A stretch of 64,000 bases of DNA from Chrysomallon squamiferum (GCA_012295275.1 CM022670.1:38936001-39000000); one strand, 5' to 3'; positions 13,367 through 28,629 are shown, counted from the first letter of the stretch. The notes: generated from the sequence alone by a model not told the origin. Numbers and translations: made by a program.

Positions 13367-15290
13367 CTGAATCCGAAAGAGCATGTGCCGTGCAGGAACG
13401 AACAAATTCAAGTGAGAATTCATTGATTAATTTATTCTAAGGATCGATCATATCTATTCATTCAAGATGGAAGATAGAAGAAGTACAAAATGACCAAAGT
13501 ATTGTGATATTAAAATAATACGTTTTTTCTAAGAGTCGGAAAGTTTATTTTGTACCACTTTATTTTTATAGGTCTAATTAATACAGTATAAAATTACCAG
13601 TCTGTGTTATATATAAAGTATATTCTTACTGCTGCATTAATTACCAGCATCACCATCGCTGATAGTACCTTGACCACCACTATGTTGCTGTTGTTTACGA
13701 TGTTTCAACACCAAATTTTTGTTTTATTTTATTATTATTATTATAATTTTTTTTTCAAGATAACGCCTACGATAAAGAAATATGATTAATAATCATCAGT
13801 TATTTTTACAAAAACAATAAATAATTCATTATTAGTATTTATTACTGCTTTCAGTAGAATGGGTAATATAATCCTAGCACAAAAAAGTTACGTGGCCTAA
13901 GCCCTCGTGAAAGTAATTAAGGTGCGACAGGAAGGAATCTAGAATTTTTAGAAGGGATGGGGCATTGCCATATATGTAAGTATTTGCAGGACTTTTTATC
14001 TCGGTAAGACGTGAAGACTGGATTCCATATTAAAATAAGAAAATGAAGAAGAAGAAGAAGAAGAAGATTAAAAAAAAAAAAATACGCATGGTAATTTATT
14101 TCCAGCAAGGAAGGGAAATATGTTACTATGAGGATAGGGTAAAGGAGAAGTAAAAAAAAAAAAAAAAAAAATTGTTTTTTTATGTATTATTAACAACTGG
14201 AAGAAATCTGAAAACTCTAAAAAAAAAAAAAAAAAAAAAAAATGGTTAGCGCTGGACAACCTTGGACACGAAACGATAACTTTTGAAATTCAGCATATTC
14301 GGACCAGCACGAGCAGACGACCGTATTGTTAACTAAAAACACACGAGCAATCATTTTTAAAGAAAAGTCGAGATACTCATCATTGACGAGTGGAGGCTTA
14401 TCAAATATTTATCTCGACACTGCAGCAAATGTAACGTTATCGTCGAGCACGGGCTGATGTAAAACAGACGAAGAGCATCATAACAGACGTCCCAACATCA
14501 ATCACATCGAACACGCAACCATCGGGGTATGTAGCTGTAGGCTGTGCAGAGGCTGGCGTCATCATCGTATTTAGAAGCAGAATATAATACGTACTCTTCA
14601 TATCGTTACTGTTAGCATTTGTAGTAATAGTAGTGTTATTACCATTGTTGTTGTTGTCGTTGTTGTTGTCATTATGTACATACAAACACAAAGCAACAAT
14701 AGCAAACAAACAAAAGAACACACGCAAAAAAAAAAAAAAACCCCAAAACCTCATAAATAACATAAACAAAAATAAAAAATAATAATAAATAAAAATGCAA
14801 GCACAAAATTGGATATATATATATTCACGTAGCTCGTTTTCATTCAATTGTTGGCGTCGTGAATATTAAATACTTTTAATTGTAAAACTGTTATCCACCA
14901 CCTAGTTCGTTTTCTTATATATTTGTATAAATATATGATGCAGTTCTGCACTTAAGGGTACAACTGCAGGTTAATTTACAATCGTTTTCATTTCATTTTT
15001 TCTTCAAAGATGTTGCTAAAATAGTCTCTTGGATTTAAAATTTTTAAATATTCACCTTATTATTATCTGCATGAATGTAAACTGTAGAAAAATTACACGC
15101 ACTACATTAGTACTGCTGCTGTTACACTACTAATACTATTATTACTACGTGTAATAATAATAATAATAATAATAATGAGGAGGAGAAGGAGGATAAATAC
15201 ATTTTTGCAACCTTCTATAGATTGTTTACAATGAATTCACATCACAAAATATATTATTACTTACAGAACAAATACGATGAAATATTAACG

Positions 15291-15453
15291 GATACCAGAT
15301 CGTTAATCCAGCTTATCTGTTAAGTACTGGTTCATTCCTTAATTTTCATTGTTTATTCTACATTTTAAGTATGGTCCAAAAAAACAACAACAAAAAAAGT
15401 GCATAGCCAAGTCACTTCTGGTTATAAGCTTACCGGATAAATGGTCTGGTATC
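15291..15453. mobile_element. Small MITE-like element
   Basis: Imperfect ~21-bp terminal inverted repeats: GATACCAGATCGTTAATCCAG versus reverse complement GATACCAGACCATTTATCCGG; no clear TSD. Confidence 0.45.
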
Positions 15454-17173
15454 TATGCATTTATAGAAAACTGTATTGTTATTATTAATATTTATTTATT
15501 TATAGATATAATATGGTATAACTAATAAATGTTAATATAAAAAAAAATATAAAAGTAAGTAAAAATACAGACGTCTCTGAATTATCTGTGATAAAGAAAC
15601 TCAGCAAAAAATATGTTCTACACTAAATATTTGTCACATAAATACAAAGTATATGTTATTTTAATTAACATAGAAGAGTACACAATGGAAAAGTAAAATA
15701 GAAAAATAAATAAAAACATATAAGTAGTTATGACATATATCAAATATTTTCATTTTATACAAATAATTTTGTCCAAAATTTGCATTTTTCTTCCGATTAA
15801 ATTGTTCCGTTATTTATCTTAGACATATTTTTTTCTATATAACAGTATATGATCAGACTTAAAGTTAGCTGTTTAAAGTGTTTTTATATTTAATATGTTT
15901 AAATATATTCAGCTTGGCAATTAACATTATTAAACTGATTATATTATATTTTTCTGAATAGTTAGGGTTTACCTAAAATAATTGTTTAAACATTTATTTT
16001 TAGTCTCCCTTTTGTTCTCAAAATTTACTTTAAACACATTTAATTTTAATGCGAGAGTTATACCATATCGATAGATTTAGTATTTTTGCCTTGTCCCTTG
16101 TAGCTTCAAATTTTTATAGAAAGTTTGACCATAAATTACATGTAATACATTTTTCAAAAACTGTATTATGGTTAACATAATACTTAGCTCAATAAATTCG
16201 TTTGTTGTGAAATAAATTTGATACCCATCTCTGTGATATGTGCTAAATAAATAATGATACAATAAAGATTATATTTCTTAACCTCTGGATTCGCTTATTT
16301 AGATGTGTGTTTGCGCGCGCGCGTGTGTATGTGTGTGTGTGTTTTTGTCCTTTCTTTCATTTATTTTGTTCTTAATAAATTCTCAATGTTCTGATGCAGC
16401 ACTTAGCTTGAAGCTTTATTATATAAATAGAAACAATAAAAGTTTGAATATTTAATGATCCCCGAACACTTTTTTATAATCACGATTGTTTGGTTCATAA
16501 CCTGTTTTTCTCTGCTGGAAGGTTTGATGTGGTTCAGTGGCTGCAGATCAATTAGAAAAAAGAAGTAAAATGTAAACCTTATTGTACGTTTGATTTAATG
16601 GCACGTAAAGAATACAAAATAATGAATATTAAATTATATGCTTAAAAATTAGTGCATGGCTCATGTGTTTCTCTGTGTAGAAAATGTACATGTGTGTAAC
16701 TCTACATATTCAAAATTCACCAAAAGACCTCTCAATATATATTCATTATTTTCATTTTTTTTTTTCTCTATTATTTCCAAAGTCAGCCATGCTTAAATAT
16801 TGGCTGCTTGGAAATTGTTTACTGCGCTAGGAAAGAAATTGTAAATTCTGGTCCTGTATAAGGTTTCAACAGATTAATATGTTTGTATCGATGTCTTGAT
16901 CTTCATCATCATCGACATTATGTTAGGTCTGACAACTGGTACACACACAGTCAAATGTTACGTAGATTTTGTATCATCGACAGAAATAATACTGTAATGA
17001 CAGGAAGGAAACTTTCTTATATGATACAACTTTCTTTTATAATATTATTATTAGTAGTAGTAGTAGCAGTAGTAGTAATAGTGGTAGTAGTAGTACTGTT
17101 GTTGTTGTTTTATTTTTTAATTACTATTATTACACACTCACATATATAATTTTTATTTATTTATTTATTTATT

Positions 17174-17254
<81 letters not shown>

Positions 17255-18805
17255 TTATCATTTTTTTAAACTGTGTCGAATTAGGACTAATAGGTCGAAC
17301 CGGCGTTTAGATTAGGAAGTACGGTAATTTTACAAATTTCTGATTTTATTGTTTGGACGTCTGTTTAACACAAAGTTTATGAGATAAAGGCAACACACGC
17401 AATGAACGCAATAACAGGCATACAATTAAAGAAAACACTCCATAATAAAACCGAAGAAAATTTAAAAAAACAACAAAAAAAACAACAAATTAAACAATTT
17501 TAAAAATGAAATAAAAACACTACTTTTTTCTCGTCTGCAGATAACGCAAGCAGTTCGAAGACATAACAACACTTTACTTGTGTTTCAATATAACAATGTC
17601 TAGTCGCGTTTCTGGTCGGCTCTACCTGGATTGCAAAAGCTCTTCGTACGTTTTACAAAAGGCTCTTTGCGTATCGACGTACTCAGCAAAACATGCACAA
17701 AGCAGAGTGTGTTTTGTTCCATCTTTACATCTTCTTCTTGTCTGTTCTCGCTCGCTGGATGGGACAAACAAAAGAGTCGTATTGATCACTGATACCAAAT
17801 GTATACAGCCAGGCTCGAGTTTTTCTCTGAACCACTCGAGATGGTTAGCAAGTCGTGGATTCAACGTAGCTATTCAAAGAATAGTAAACTCTTACTCCTT
17901 TTGTTAACCGGTTGACGCAGAATGAACCTAAATATAAATAATGACTGCCTGTTTAATTATATTTCTTATTTTTTTTGAGGCTAGATGATAATAAAAAAAA
18001 AAAAAGATACGTTGCTGTAATATTTGGAACGATTTTTTATTATTATTATTATTACTGTTGTTGTTGTTGTTATATGTGCTTGTTACTATTATTTCATTTT
18101 ATATATATATATATATATTTTTCACAGTTTCTTCTAAATACAAATTCACTGTATACAAGGTTACTGTGTCCTCTGAACAAAATGACATCGTAACAATCTG
18201 TACCTTTCATTTAATCATTTCAAAATGACTTTATTTAATATCAGAACTTTTTTCCAGACATGAAATATAAGACAGTAATATCAGTAGTATTTTAATAGAT
18301 TTTACCATAAATATTTAAAATGAGTAAATAACCCTTCTTTACATCAAAATGGAAGCCAGCGTTACTTTCTGATAAAGTAAAAATCGAAAATATTTATGAC
18401 ACTGAATCTTTTACTATGAAAATTTAAACTAATTTTAAAAACCCAAACTTCTTTTTTTATAAACTAATAATAACTCGACTGCACTAAAAATCTGAACGTA
18501 TGTAGGAATCTGCATGACTATTACGGTAAAATGGAAACTAGTGTTAAGAAACTCCACAGTAAATTGTTTTATCTTAACGACTTTTACGCACTGGTTACAA
18601 TTAACAAAACTTTCTCGAACATTCTCTGCTGTGGAAAGATAAAACTATTTTTCACTGGTATTTTGTAAGCATACTGTTTTTAATAGAGGCAATAATAAAA
18701 GAAAAAAGCTTCAATAATGACGATTGTGGATTAAACAGATTTTGCCAAAGAATATGAAGCTCGGTAGGGGAAATGGAATAGGAATCTTTGAATCGATTAT
18801 AGCTA

Positions 18806-18914
<109 letters not shown>

Positions 18915-19360
18915 ATTCAGAAAAAAAACAATATGAAGAAGAAAAAGAATCATATAATAATAATAATTAATATATATTTGCGTGTGAGTACGAGAGAGCG
19001 TATTTGACACAAAAAACAATTAATTCAAAATATCCTGTGGTATTTTAAACATAAAAAAAAAAAGTATCTGCTCTAGGTAACAGTCGTATTCGATCTCACA
19101 TATCTACAAGTTCCAAAGCATCTTACTTAAATAATATTACTTCAAAATACTCATCCTTTCGTCCTACTTTCTGTTCCTGTTCTTGTTGATTCCGAAACAC
19201 GTCATAATTTCTTGTTAATAATTCACCGACAGCCCAGTAAGTACAAAGAGAGGTTTCATATGGTTATTAAAAATTCAGTTTTCGCTTTGTTTATTGGTGG
19301 GTTTGTTTTTACCTGTTTTGCAGATCAATGATGAATAGAAACACTCTGCGCGAGATCGTT

Positions 19361-19374
19361 GCGCCCTCTACAGG
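19361..19374 (-). promoter_or_regulatory. CTCF core motif match
   Basis: Minus strand CCTGTAGAGGGCGC versus consensus CCASYAGRKGGCRS (13/14), in a small CpG patch within AT-rich DNA. Confidence 0.45.
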
Positions 19375-19433
19375 TAAATGTCAGTTTTAATTTAAACTTT
19401 ATTTTATATATATATTAGAATATAGTAAGTATG

Positions 19434-19500
<67 letters not shown>

Positions 19501-19535
19501 TGTAATATTAATTTTACTTTCATTATAATTAATAA

Positions 19536-19567
<32 letters not shown>

Positions 19568-20383
19568 AGATATTTATCATAATTACTACACACAAACATA
19601 TCTTACAAAAACCAATCTAAGATCTAGGTCTATGACTGAATGAGCCTTCACTGAAATATATATATATTTAAATGAAATTTATTATAAGAAAATAAAGTAA
19701 TAAAATAAAATAAAATAAGTAAACGTAGATCATTAACCAACGTTTAGTCTTCCAACATTCTCTGATGAAAAAGTTCTGAGATAATAATTTTATAGGTTAG
19801 TAATTTAAAGTCGAATAACGAAGCCAGACAAAAGACCACTCTATTTCCCATCTTCCACCAACAAAAGAAAGAAAATATATTGTACAAAATGTCATGCTGA
19901 TTTCGGATATAAATAACTAAATAAATAAATAATAAAGAACAAATAAATGCATAAGTAAAAAACTTAAAAGAATATTTAATTAAAAAAAAAAAAAAGAGTA
20001 CGAATTAAGAATATCCACCAAAACACGGAGTCTGACTGTTTTTGTTATTTATTTTCTTTCTTTTTCTTTTCTGCTGCTGCTATTACTTTTACTACTGCTA
20101 CTACTGTGACTATTGCTACTACTGCGACTACTTCCACTACTACGACTACTGCTACTACTACTACTCTAGTACTACTGCTACTGTTACTACTGCTACAACA
20201 ACTGTTAATAATAAAAACAAATAGAAGAAGTTGAACAACAGCAATAATAATTAGGATGATGCAAAGGTGATGATAATAATACTGATACTGATAATAACAA
20301 TAACAATAAAGTAATAGTAATCATGTATAATAATAAAATAACAACAAGAAAATAGCAACGATAATAACTATAACAATAATGTC

Positions 20384-20416
<33 letters not shown>

Positions 20417-21019
20417 TGCAACAATAACAACCATATAATAATAATAACAACAATAATTGCAAAAATAATAATAATAATGAACCTGTGCATTTGACACGAA
20501 ATTCAGCACTCATAAAAACAAGAATAAAAAGCAATCTGTTACAGACGTTTCTAAAATAAAATAATAAATAATAATAATTAATAAATAAATATAAAAGTGT
20601 CCTACATTAATAATTTTAATAACGACGGGACAGCAAATTGCAGCTTTATGGCGATATTAACATGGATCATTTGGTCATAGTTTAATTCTGTGTAATAAAC
20701 TGTAATAAAAATCTTTAGCAATATATAGCGAAAATTTAGCATATAAAAAGCACAAAAAAAAAAAAAAAAAAAAAAAAACCGCAACATAACAAAATAGCCA
20801 TTCTGTAGAATTATTAAGGTTATCTTCTTTTCAATTAGATGTGGTTTATCAAAATTAATTTCACACAATGCTCAACTGCTACAAATGCAATAACGCTCGA
20901 ACATTTGTGCGGCATTAAAACGGTCTCACTCCTGTTCTTTTTCAGCGCGAGTGAATAAATTATTATTTGCTTTTATCATCGGTAATATTATTCCATTGTT
21001 CGTCTTGCATGTACGTAGC

Positions 21020-21390
21020 AATTCAACAGCCTCCGTCCCGCGTGCGCCGAGCCTGTCGACTCGCCGCTCAATATTTTATCGCATGCCCGTACTGTGTATG
21101 TGTTCAGCTATTACCTCGGCAGTCTCCGGCATAAGAGACAGCGAACAAACCGGTCTTTTCATTCTGCGAGTGACGTCTGGCGGGAGAGTGTCGTTTGGCG
21201 GGAGAGTGTCGTCTGCTTTCTGCAAGGTGTCTCGTTTAGTCAGACAAGACGCGAAAGTCACTGTGTAGTAGATCGTCTGAGGCTGTCTATTTTTTTTATT
21301 TTTTTATTTTTTTTTTTTTAAATTGAAAAAAAGAAGAAAAAAAATGAAGAAGAGAAAAACGATATCTGTTCTGATCCTATTTCGACGAAG
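21020..21390 (+). promoter_or_regulatory. CpG-rich promoter-like island with tandem E2F-type sites and a 5' splice donor
   Basis: TGGCGGGAGA twice (21178-21187, 21196-21205), TGACGT at 21171, AAG|GTATGT at 21390/21391. Confidence 0.45.
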
Positions 21391-23000
21391 GTATGTTATT
21401 TATTTTTAATTTTAGTTTATGTATCATCGTGGTTGTTATCTTTATTTTTATATATTTGAATACATTTCAAATGTTTAAAGCTGGTTTTAATAATCCAAGC
21501 ATTTCGTGTTAACTGTATTTTATTTTTTAATAATCCTTTATCAGAATATGTACTGAAAAAAGGGTAACTGTTAGAATTTTGTTTCAGTGTTTTTAACTAT
21601 TGAACTGTTTCTAAAAAGAAAACGAACTACCTCGCTTTACTGATTTCAGTTTAATTGCTTTTACTTTTGTATAAATATTTTTGTTTTCTTATTTCTTTTC
21701 ATTGATGTGTTCAGAAACGTAGATGTACACATATGCTGTATGATACAGTAATATATAACACAACCTCTATACAGGTTAACTGTTGTTTGTAGTCATTTTA
21801 TTATCAAAAATTATCATACGGTTTCTAAATTTTATTTAGTTAAGATTTTTATCATTCTATCGGCAGTATCAGTTAAACATTTTGATTAGAGTCGAAACTG
21901 AGTATTAAAAAATCTATATATTTGAAAATCAAGAAGCATCTAAACCCATCGCACGCACGCAATCCTGTGTACACCTCTGAATCTAAACTTTCATCTATCA
22001 GCATAATTTGGCCACTTAAATAATAACAATAACAACAATAATAAAAATACTTTCTAAAATTAACGCCATTTCAGTAACTGAATAAATTTCGGAACTGAGA
22101 TTTCTAATAAATATCGACTTGCATCGCAAACTGGTTTTCGCCTTGCACTCCAAGTTTCTGCCGTTAGTGTTTCTACGTTTTAATACTTAATTTAGAAACG
22201 CTGTATTGTACTGATTACCTTGGAAATCTGAGTCACAGTTTATATTAATAACTGTATTATTTCATTGTTAGTGCAATGTGTTGTTTGCTCTGTGATTTCG
22301 TTTACAGAATTTAAACAATTCTATCAAAAAAAAAAAAAAAAAAAAATGTTCAGTCATGTGGAAATGTGAAATAAAAGAATTTATCATCCCGCCGACTGAA
22401 AGCAACATCTGGTGTCAAAAACAGCTCATTAATGTAATTTCTGCAACAATATTTGCTATTTTAATTTTAATTAGACAAAAAATAACTTAGTTTTGTTTTA
22501 CTTTAAATATTTTATTATCAAAATTATGTTAATACTAATAATTATTATTATAACTGCTACTAGTGCGACTACTACAGTCACCACCACCACCACCACCGTT
22601 ACTACTACTACTACTACTACTACTACTACAGCTACTATTACTACTACTGCTACTACTACAACTACTACTGGTATTACTACTACTACTGCTATTACTACTA
22701 CTACTATCGCTACTATTGCTACCTCTACTATTTGTATTGTCATTATTAATTTTGTTAGTAAATAGTTAATAAGATTCACATTTTTTAAATATTTATTAAT
22801 CGATTTCTGTTCCTCTGCTAATCGTGTTGTTACCATATCGAATCAGCGTATCCTGCATACTAATAACGTGCAAACATGCATAACAGAGAAAACTCACAAG
22901 TGCGTTAAAGCAGAACAGTGCGTTGTCGGTTTTGAATCACGTGTTTAACTCAAACAAAGAAAGCGCTAATTACAAAGTCATGCCAGCAATGAATTATGTA

Positions 23001-23134
<134 letters not shown>

Positions 23135-23717
23135 ATTAAAGTAAATAAATGAAAAAAAAAAATGAATTAAACAAAAGTAAACAACTGTTTCAAGCATACA
23201 AAATGTACTGGAAAAAGCATAAAACAACTAAATAATAATTTAAAAAATTAATTAAAAAATAAAAGCAATATTAGTAGCCCAATCCCAAAATGTTCATTTC
23301 TTTATGATCAAATTAATAATTTAGTCTAAAATGTAATTCGAATCTGCAGTAGTAGTATAGGTAGCAGCAACAGCAGCAGCAACTTGTGTAATAATAGTAA
23401 TAATTATCGTTATAGTAGTAGTAGTAGTAAAACTGGAGGTCATAGTAGTTAGTATTGTAATACTAATAAAGTAAGATTAGTTGTAGTGAAAGTACACACA
23501 TTGTACGTGTTGTAGAAATGGTAGCGATAAAAATAGTAACAGCTGCAGTAGTAGTAGTAGTAGTAGTAGTAGCAACAGCGTAGTAGCAGTAATGATTAGG
23601 ACTGTATTTATCCCATAGCCGGGGCCTCCTCAATCACTTCTGTCTTTCAAATACGTATAGTAGTACCAGCAGCATAATAACAGCAATAGCAACATCGTTT
23701 ATGTTCTGTTTCACTAT

Positions 23718-23755
<38 letters not shown>

Positions 23756-24076
23756 AAACAAAACGCACACAGAGAAACACTCACACTCGTATATCCTTAA
23801 TAACTTACAAACATAAAAAATCTTTCAAAAGATAACTGTAACCCAAATTAATGAATACAGTAATAATCAGATTACATCAGCACATTTGAGAAACATTCTG
23901 AGCAAAATTATAGATCGTAAGAACACAACTGTAACAATAGCTGACAACGATAAAACCAAAAGGAACAAAAGATATCTAACAAACGTTTACTGTCATTAAT
24001 TTTTAATGAAATTTATTTCTCAAAACTCTTTTATAAAATCCATTTCTATGATTAGATTTGAAATATTTATAACCTG

Positions 24077-24108
<32 letters not shown>

Positions 24109-24519
24109 AATAAATAAAAAAAAAAAAAAAACAAACAAAAAATTAATCGTTATTACTTTGAAATATCTTTTTAACTAATCAGTTTACATCAAAATCTATA
24201 ATTTTTGAAATTTGTTTATTGATATATATAACATTTGTTTATAGTTTAATCAAACTTCAATAAATTGATTTAAAAAATGTATAATAAAACATTACAATTA
24301 CCTTTATATCAGCGTTCTCTCTCTCTCTTTCTTTCTCTCTTAATAGTCTTAAATTAACATACTAGAACTAATACTGCATTATTTTGTTGATACTACTATT
24401 AGTTCTGTTATTACTGTGCGTGGGTTTTTAACAAACATGCTTTTAAAATTGTAAAATTCTGTTAAATCTAGTCCACTTATTTTTTATCCGATATTATTAA
24501 TTACTTAAGTCATTATTGC

Positions 24520-24621
<102 letters not shown>

Positions 24622-24865
24622 TGTGTATTTCTGAATATTCGTCTCTTTCTCTCCTATGTCTGTTACATCCGTTTCTCTCTCTAATTTTCGTATATATGTA
24701 TGTACAACATATTATCTGTTTACACATCTGCATTCTTACTATATGTACATATACTAATAGTTACACATAGATACATACAAACATATACACGCATATGTGT
24801 GGAATATACATGCACATATACTAAAAGAAAAAATACGTACACATACATTATTATATTCAAGAAAC

Positions 24866-25380
24866 CGACATTTAATTATCTTTCTGCAGTCAACATTCAG
24901 TTATCTTTCTGCAGTCGACATTCATTTATCTTTCTGCAGTCGACATTCAGTTATCTTTCTGCAGTCCACATTCATTTATCTTCCTGCAGTCGACATTCAG
25001 TTATCTTTCTGCAGTCGACATTCAGTTATCTTTCTGCAGTCGACATTCAGTTATCCCTCTGCAGTCGACATTAAACTGATCTTTCTGCAGTCAACATTCA
25101 TTTATCTTTCTGCAGTCAACATTCAGTTATCTTTCTGCAGTCAACATTCTGTTATCTTTCTGCAGTCAACATTAAACTGATCTTTCTGCAGTCAACATTC
25201 AGTTATCTTTCTGCAGTCAACATTCAGTTATCTTTTTGCAGTCGACATTAAACTGATCTTTCTGCAGTCAACATTAAACTGATCTTTCTGCAGTAGATAT
25301 TGAATTTTCTTTCGGCAGTTAACATTCAACTTCTTTCTGCACTACACATACAGTTTTGTTTCTGCAGTCGACATTGAGTT
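24866..25380. repeat. 25-bp minisatellite (TTATCTTTCTGCAGTCGACATTCAG), ~20 copies
   Basis: Direct tandem array; it explains the 25-aa periodic ORFs 24700..25074 and 24797..25180. Confidence 0.95.
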
Positions 25381-27157
25381 GCAAGCTTGAAAAACATCTG
25401 GCATTCACTCCCATTAGTTGCCCCGGAGATCATACATTAATAATGATTCAAACCGAGAATCAAGTCCCGTAACTTTCTTCTTTTGTCATTCACCATCAGC
25501 CTGGGAAGAGACCCCCATGGCAGACTGTGTTTGTAGAAAAGAAGATAAAAAAACAAACAACTCAATGTATCAAATTTTTACGAAATATTGATCAAAGATC
25601 TCTCGGGCGAATCTGAAAAAACAATAAAGGTATTATCTATTTTTTCGATTCATCGTTATTCTTGTTTCCAAAAACATATGAAGCTTAACCAGCCGATTTG
25701 AAAACAAAATTGATTTTCTATGATTCAGTTGAAGCTTAAGAAGTAAAGAGAGAGAAATAAAAAAATGAAGAAGAAGAAGAAAATTCACTGACTCGTCGGG
25801 TGTTGTGAAGATTTTATGGCTTGAAATGATTAGGTAAGCAGAACCTATTCCCGAGGGAGATATTATGCATCCATAGCTGTATTGTTTGTATCAGCTGGAT
25901 TTAATTTGCTACGACATTTCTGTAAACACGATTATTTTCGTTGGTGGTGGAATATTAATGCAGACTGGTGGAATTTTACTCGTAGCTGATGAATGAGAAT
26001 GTTGACTACTTGAAGATAGGTCAATAATGTACAATATATATATGACCCATTAATAAAAGTATATATCAAAATTACAAGAATGCAAAATATATATGATAAA
26101 TGATGACATGAAGATGACATAAAGATCGTACAGTAATGCAAAATGTATCTGACACGTACCCCCCACCACACACACACACACACTCACAACAATATCGCAC
26201 GTTTTTGTTACATATTCTGAATGGTAGTATTTCACATCAAGCTGAAAGATTAACAACTAAACTTTCCTCTTCTGACAAATTTCTGTGCTTTACATTCGAT
26301 ATACTTTTTTAAATCTGTTTTTCAGAATCAGATGAAGAAGTCAAAGTTAAAAAAATAAAATAAAAAAAACATACAAAAATAGCAATTGATATTAACATCA
26401 ATAAGTCATTCAAGATATGAATTATTTATTTTTAGCTCATTTTCACTTCAGTTATTTCCATTCAAGCACAGACATATTCTCAAGGTGTTTTGTAGTGCGA
26501 TTCAGAATTTGTAACAGAAACATCATAGCTTACACTGCACTGCATAGTTACAGCATCGATATGAACTTTTCCAGAATTTTTATGTATTCATACGTCAGAA
26601 GCCTGGGGCTGAATTGCTTATTTCCAGAGATTATTAGCTGAAGTTAACAACATTAAAGAAGTCCTGCCTGCATTATCACTTTTCTTTTGTTTTTAATATA
26701 TTTCTGTCTTTTTACACGACAAAAGCCTTTTCGGCAAATTACAAAACTCTACATTAATATTATATATGCTGCACGTTTGTGTCTACATTGCTCGTTCAAA
26801 GAAAAAAACCCATCGAAAAACATTGTAGATGATCGATTGTTTTAAAAGCCACTTGTTGTGGTAGTCAAGCAAACATACAGACTTGGTGCGCACAAAAGAT
26901 GATCCATTTTATATTCCTGCAATTTTGTGTGTCTTAGAGCTGAGATAAAGCTCTTAAAATATATGAGGCAATAATTCTCATTTGTTTTTTGTTTAACATA
27001 AGTAGATTTTTATTTGTCCTTAATTTTCATTTTGAAGAAAACAATACAATAATTCCACTTTATAAAATAACTGGATTCCTCATTCTTCGCTGGAGAAAAG
27101 TTATCTTATACTCACTCCTTCAACTCAAGTAAATAGTTATAAGAATTGTTGTGCGTT

Positions 27158-27191
<34 letters not shown>

Positions 27192-28444
27192 GTTATAAAA
27201 GTGTATATTTTGATATATTCAGGAAAAAACAATATATATATATCATCTTAGTAGTATCATTTTATTATTATTATTATTACTTTACCTGCCGCATGTTGTT
27301 GGGTTTTTTCGTTTGTTTGTTTTTTTGAATGTATATTTATCAAACTAATGGCGCCTTTTTTCTGAAATCCACTGAACATATACAGAGTAACGCTTCTAAC
27401 AGAAAGGTTTAAGTTATCTAAATATTCATGAGGCAGTAGTTTTATATATTTTACTGTGTTCTCAAGTGAATATAATTTATTTATTAATCTTGTGCTATTA
27501 ATTATTTAGTTCTGTAGTTTTGTTATTTTTCATCATGGTTATACATTTTATGTAACTATTTCACCCTCTATAAGCAGTAGTTTCAGTAGTATAAGTAATA
27601 GAAAAAGTAGTTAAACTTGTAATAGCAGTAGTAGTAGTTGTCGTTTTAGTTGTAGTTTAATAACCGTGGTTAGTAATAGTAAAAGGTAGTGGTAATAGTT
27701 GTAGCAACAGTACAGATAATACCAACATGTTCATTACATTTCGTTAATAATAACCACCATCATCATCGTCATCATCATCATTATTATTATTATCATTGCT
27801 AGTATCATCATTATAATTATTATCTAACATGATCATTATTATCATCATCATCGTCATTACTGTTACTATTACTACCACTACCACTACTTTTAACTGCTAT
27901 TTCTTCGTCTGCTGCTGCTGCTGCTACTACTACTACTTCTGAAACTATAACGTCCCGGGCATATACTATAGGAGAAGTGCTTTCTAAAAATAATTTTAAA
28001 AAAAAAGAGCCTCCATGTTATGACACCGCTGAAGATATGTTCGGCTGTTCTCGTGAAATAATCAATTCGTACATCGATCGTTCGCCTTTGTGTTCCCGGG
28101 ATGGGATGAGCCTCATTAAACTTTCATTGCAGTCATGGTCATCTTTGACAAAACAGGTAACATCGATTTGACTTACTTCCAGGTGAAACGCGACTGCGGG
28201 GCTTTCTCCTGCACAACTGATTACAGTTGTAGCCAGCTAAAGAGTGAATTACAAAATAAATAAATAAATAAATAAATAAATAAAGGCATATATATATATA
28301 AATATTTAAAATAATTATAGATGAAAAAAGATAAAAGAAAGAAGAGAGAATTTTTTTAAAACGCTGCGAGAATAGAGAAATAAAATTAGTAAAAGGAATA
28401 AAGGAGGAAAGAAAGAATGGAATATCAACTTTAGAAAAAACAAA

Positions 28445-28572
28445 ATTATCATTATCATTATTATTATTATTAGTAGTAGTAGTAGTACTATTACTGTTAT
28501 TGTTATTATTATCATCATTATTATTATTATTACTACTGTTATTACTGTTATTACTACTACTACTACTACTAC

Positions 28573-28626
<54 letters not shown>
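28445..28626. repeat. (ATT)n/(ACT)n trinucleotide repeat tract
   Basis: Seen directly. Confidence 0.9.
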
Positions 28627-28629
<3 letters not shown>

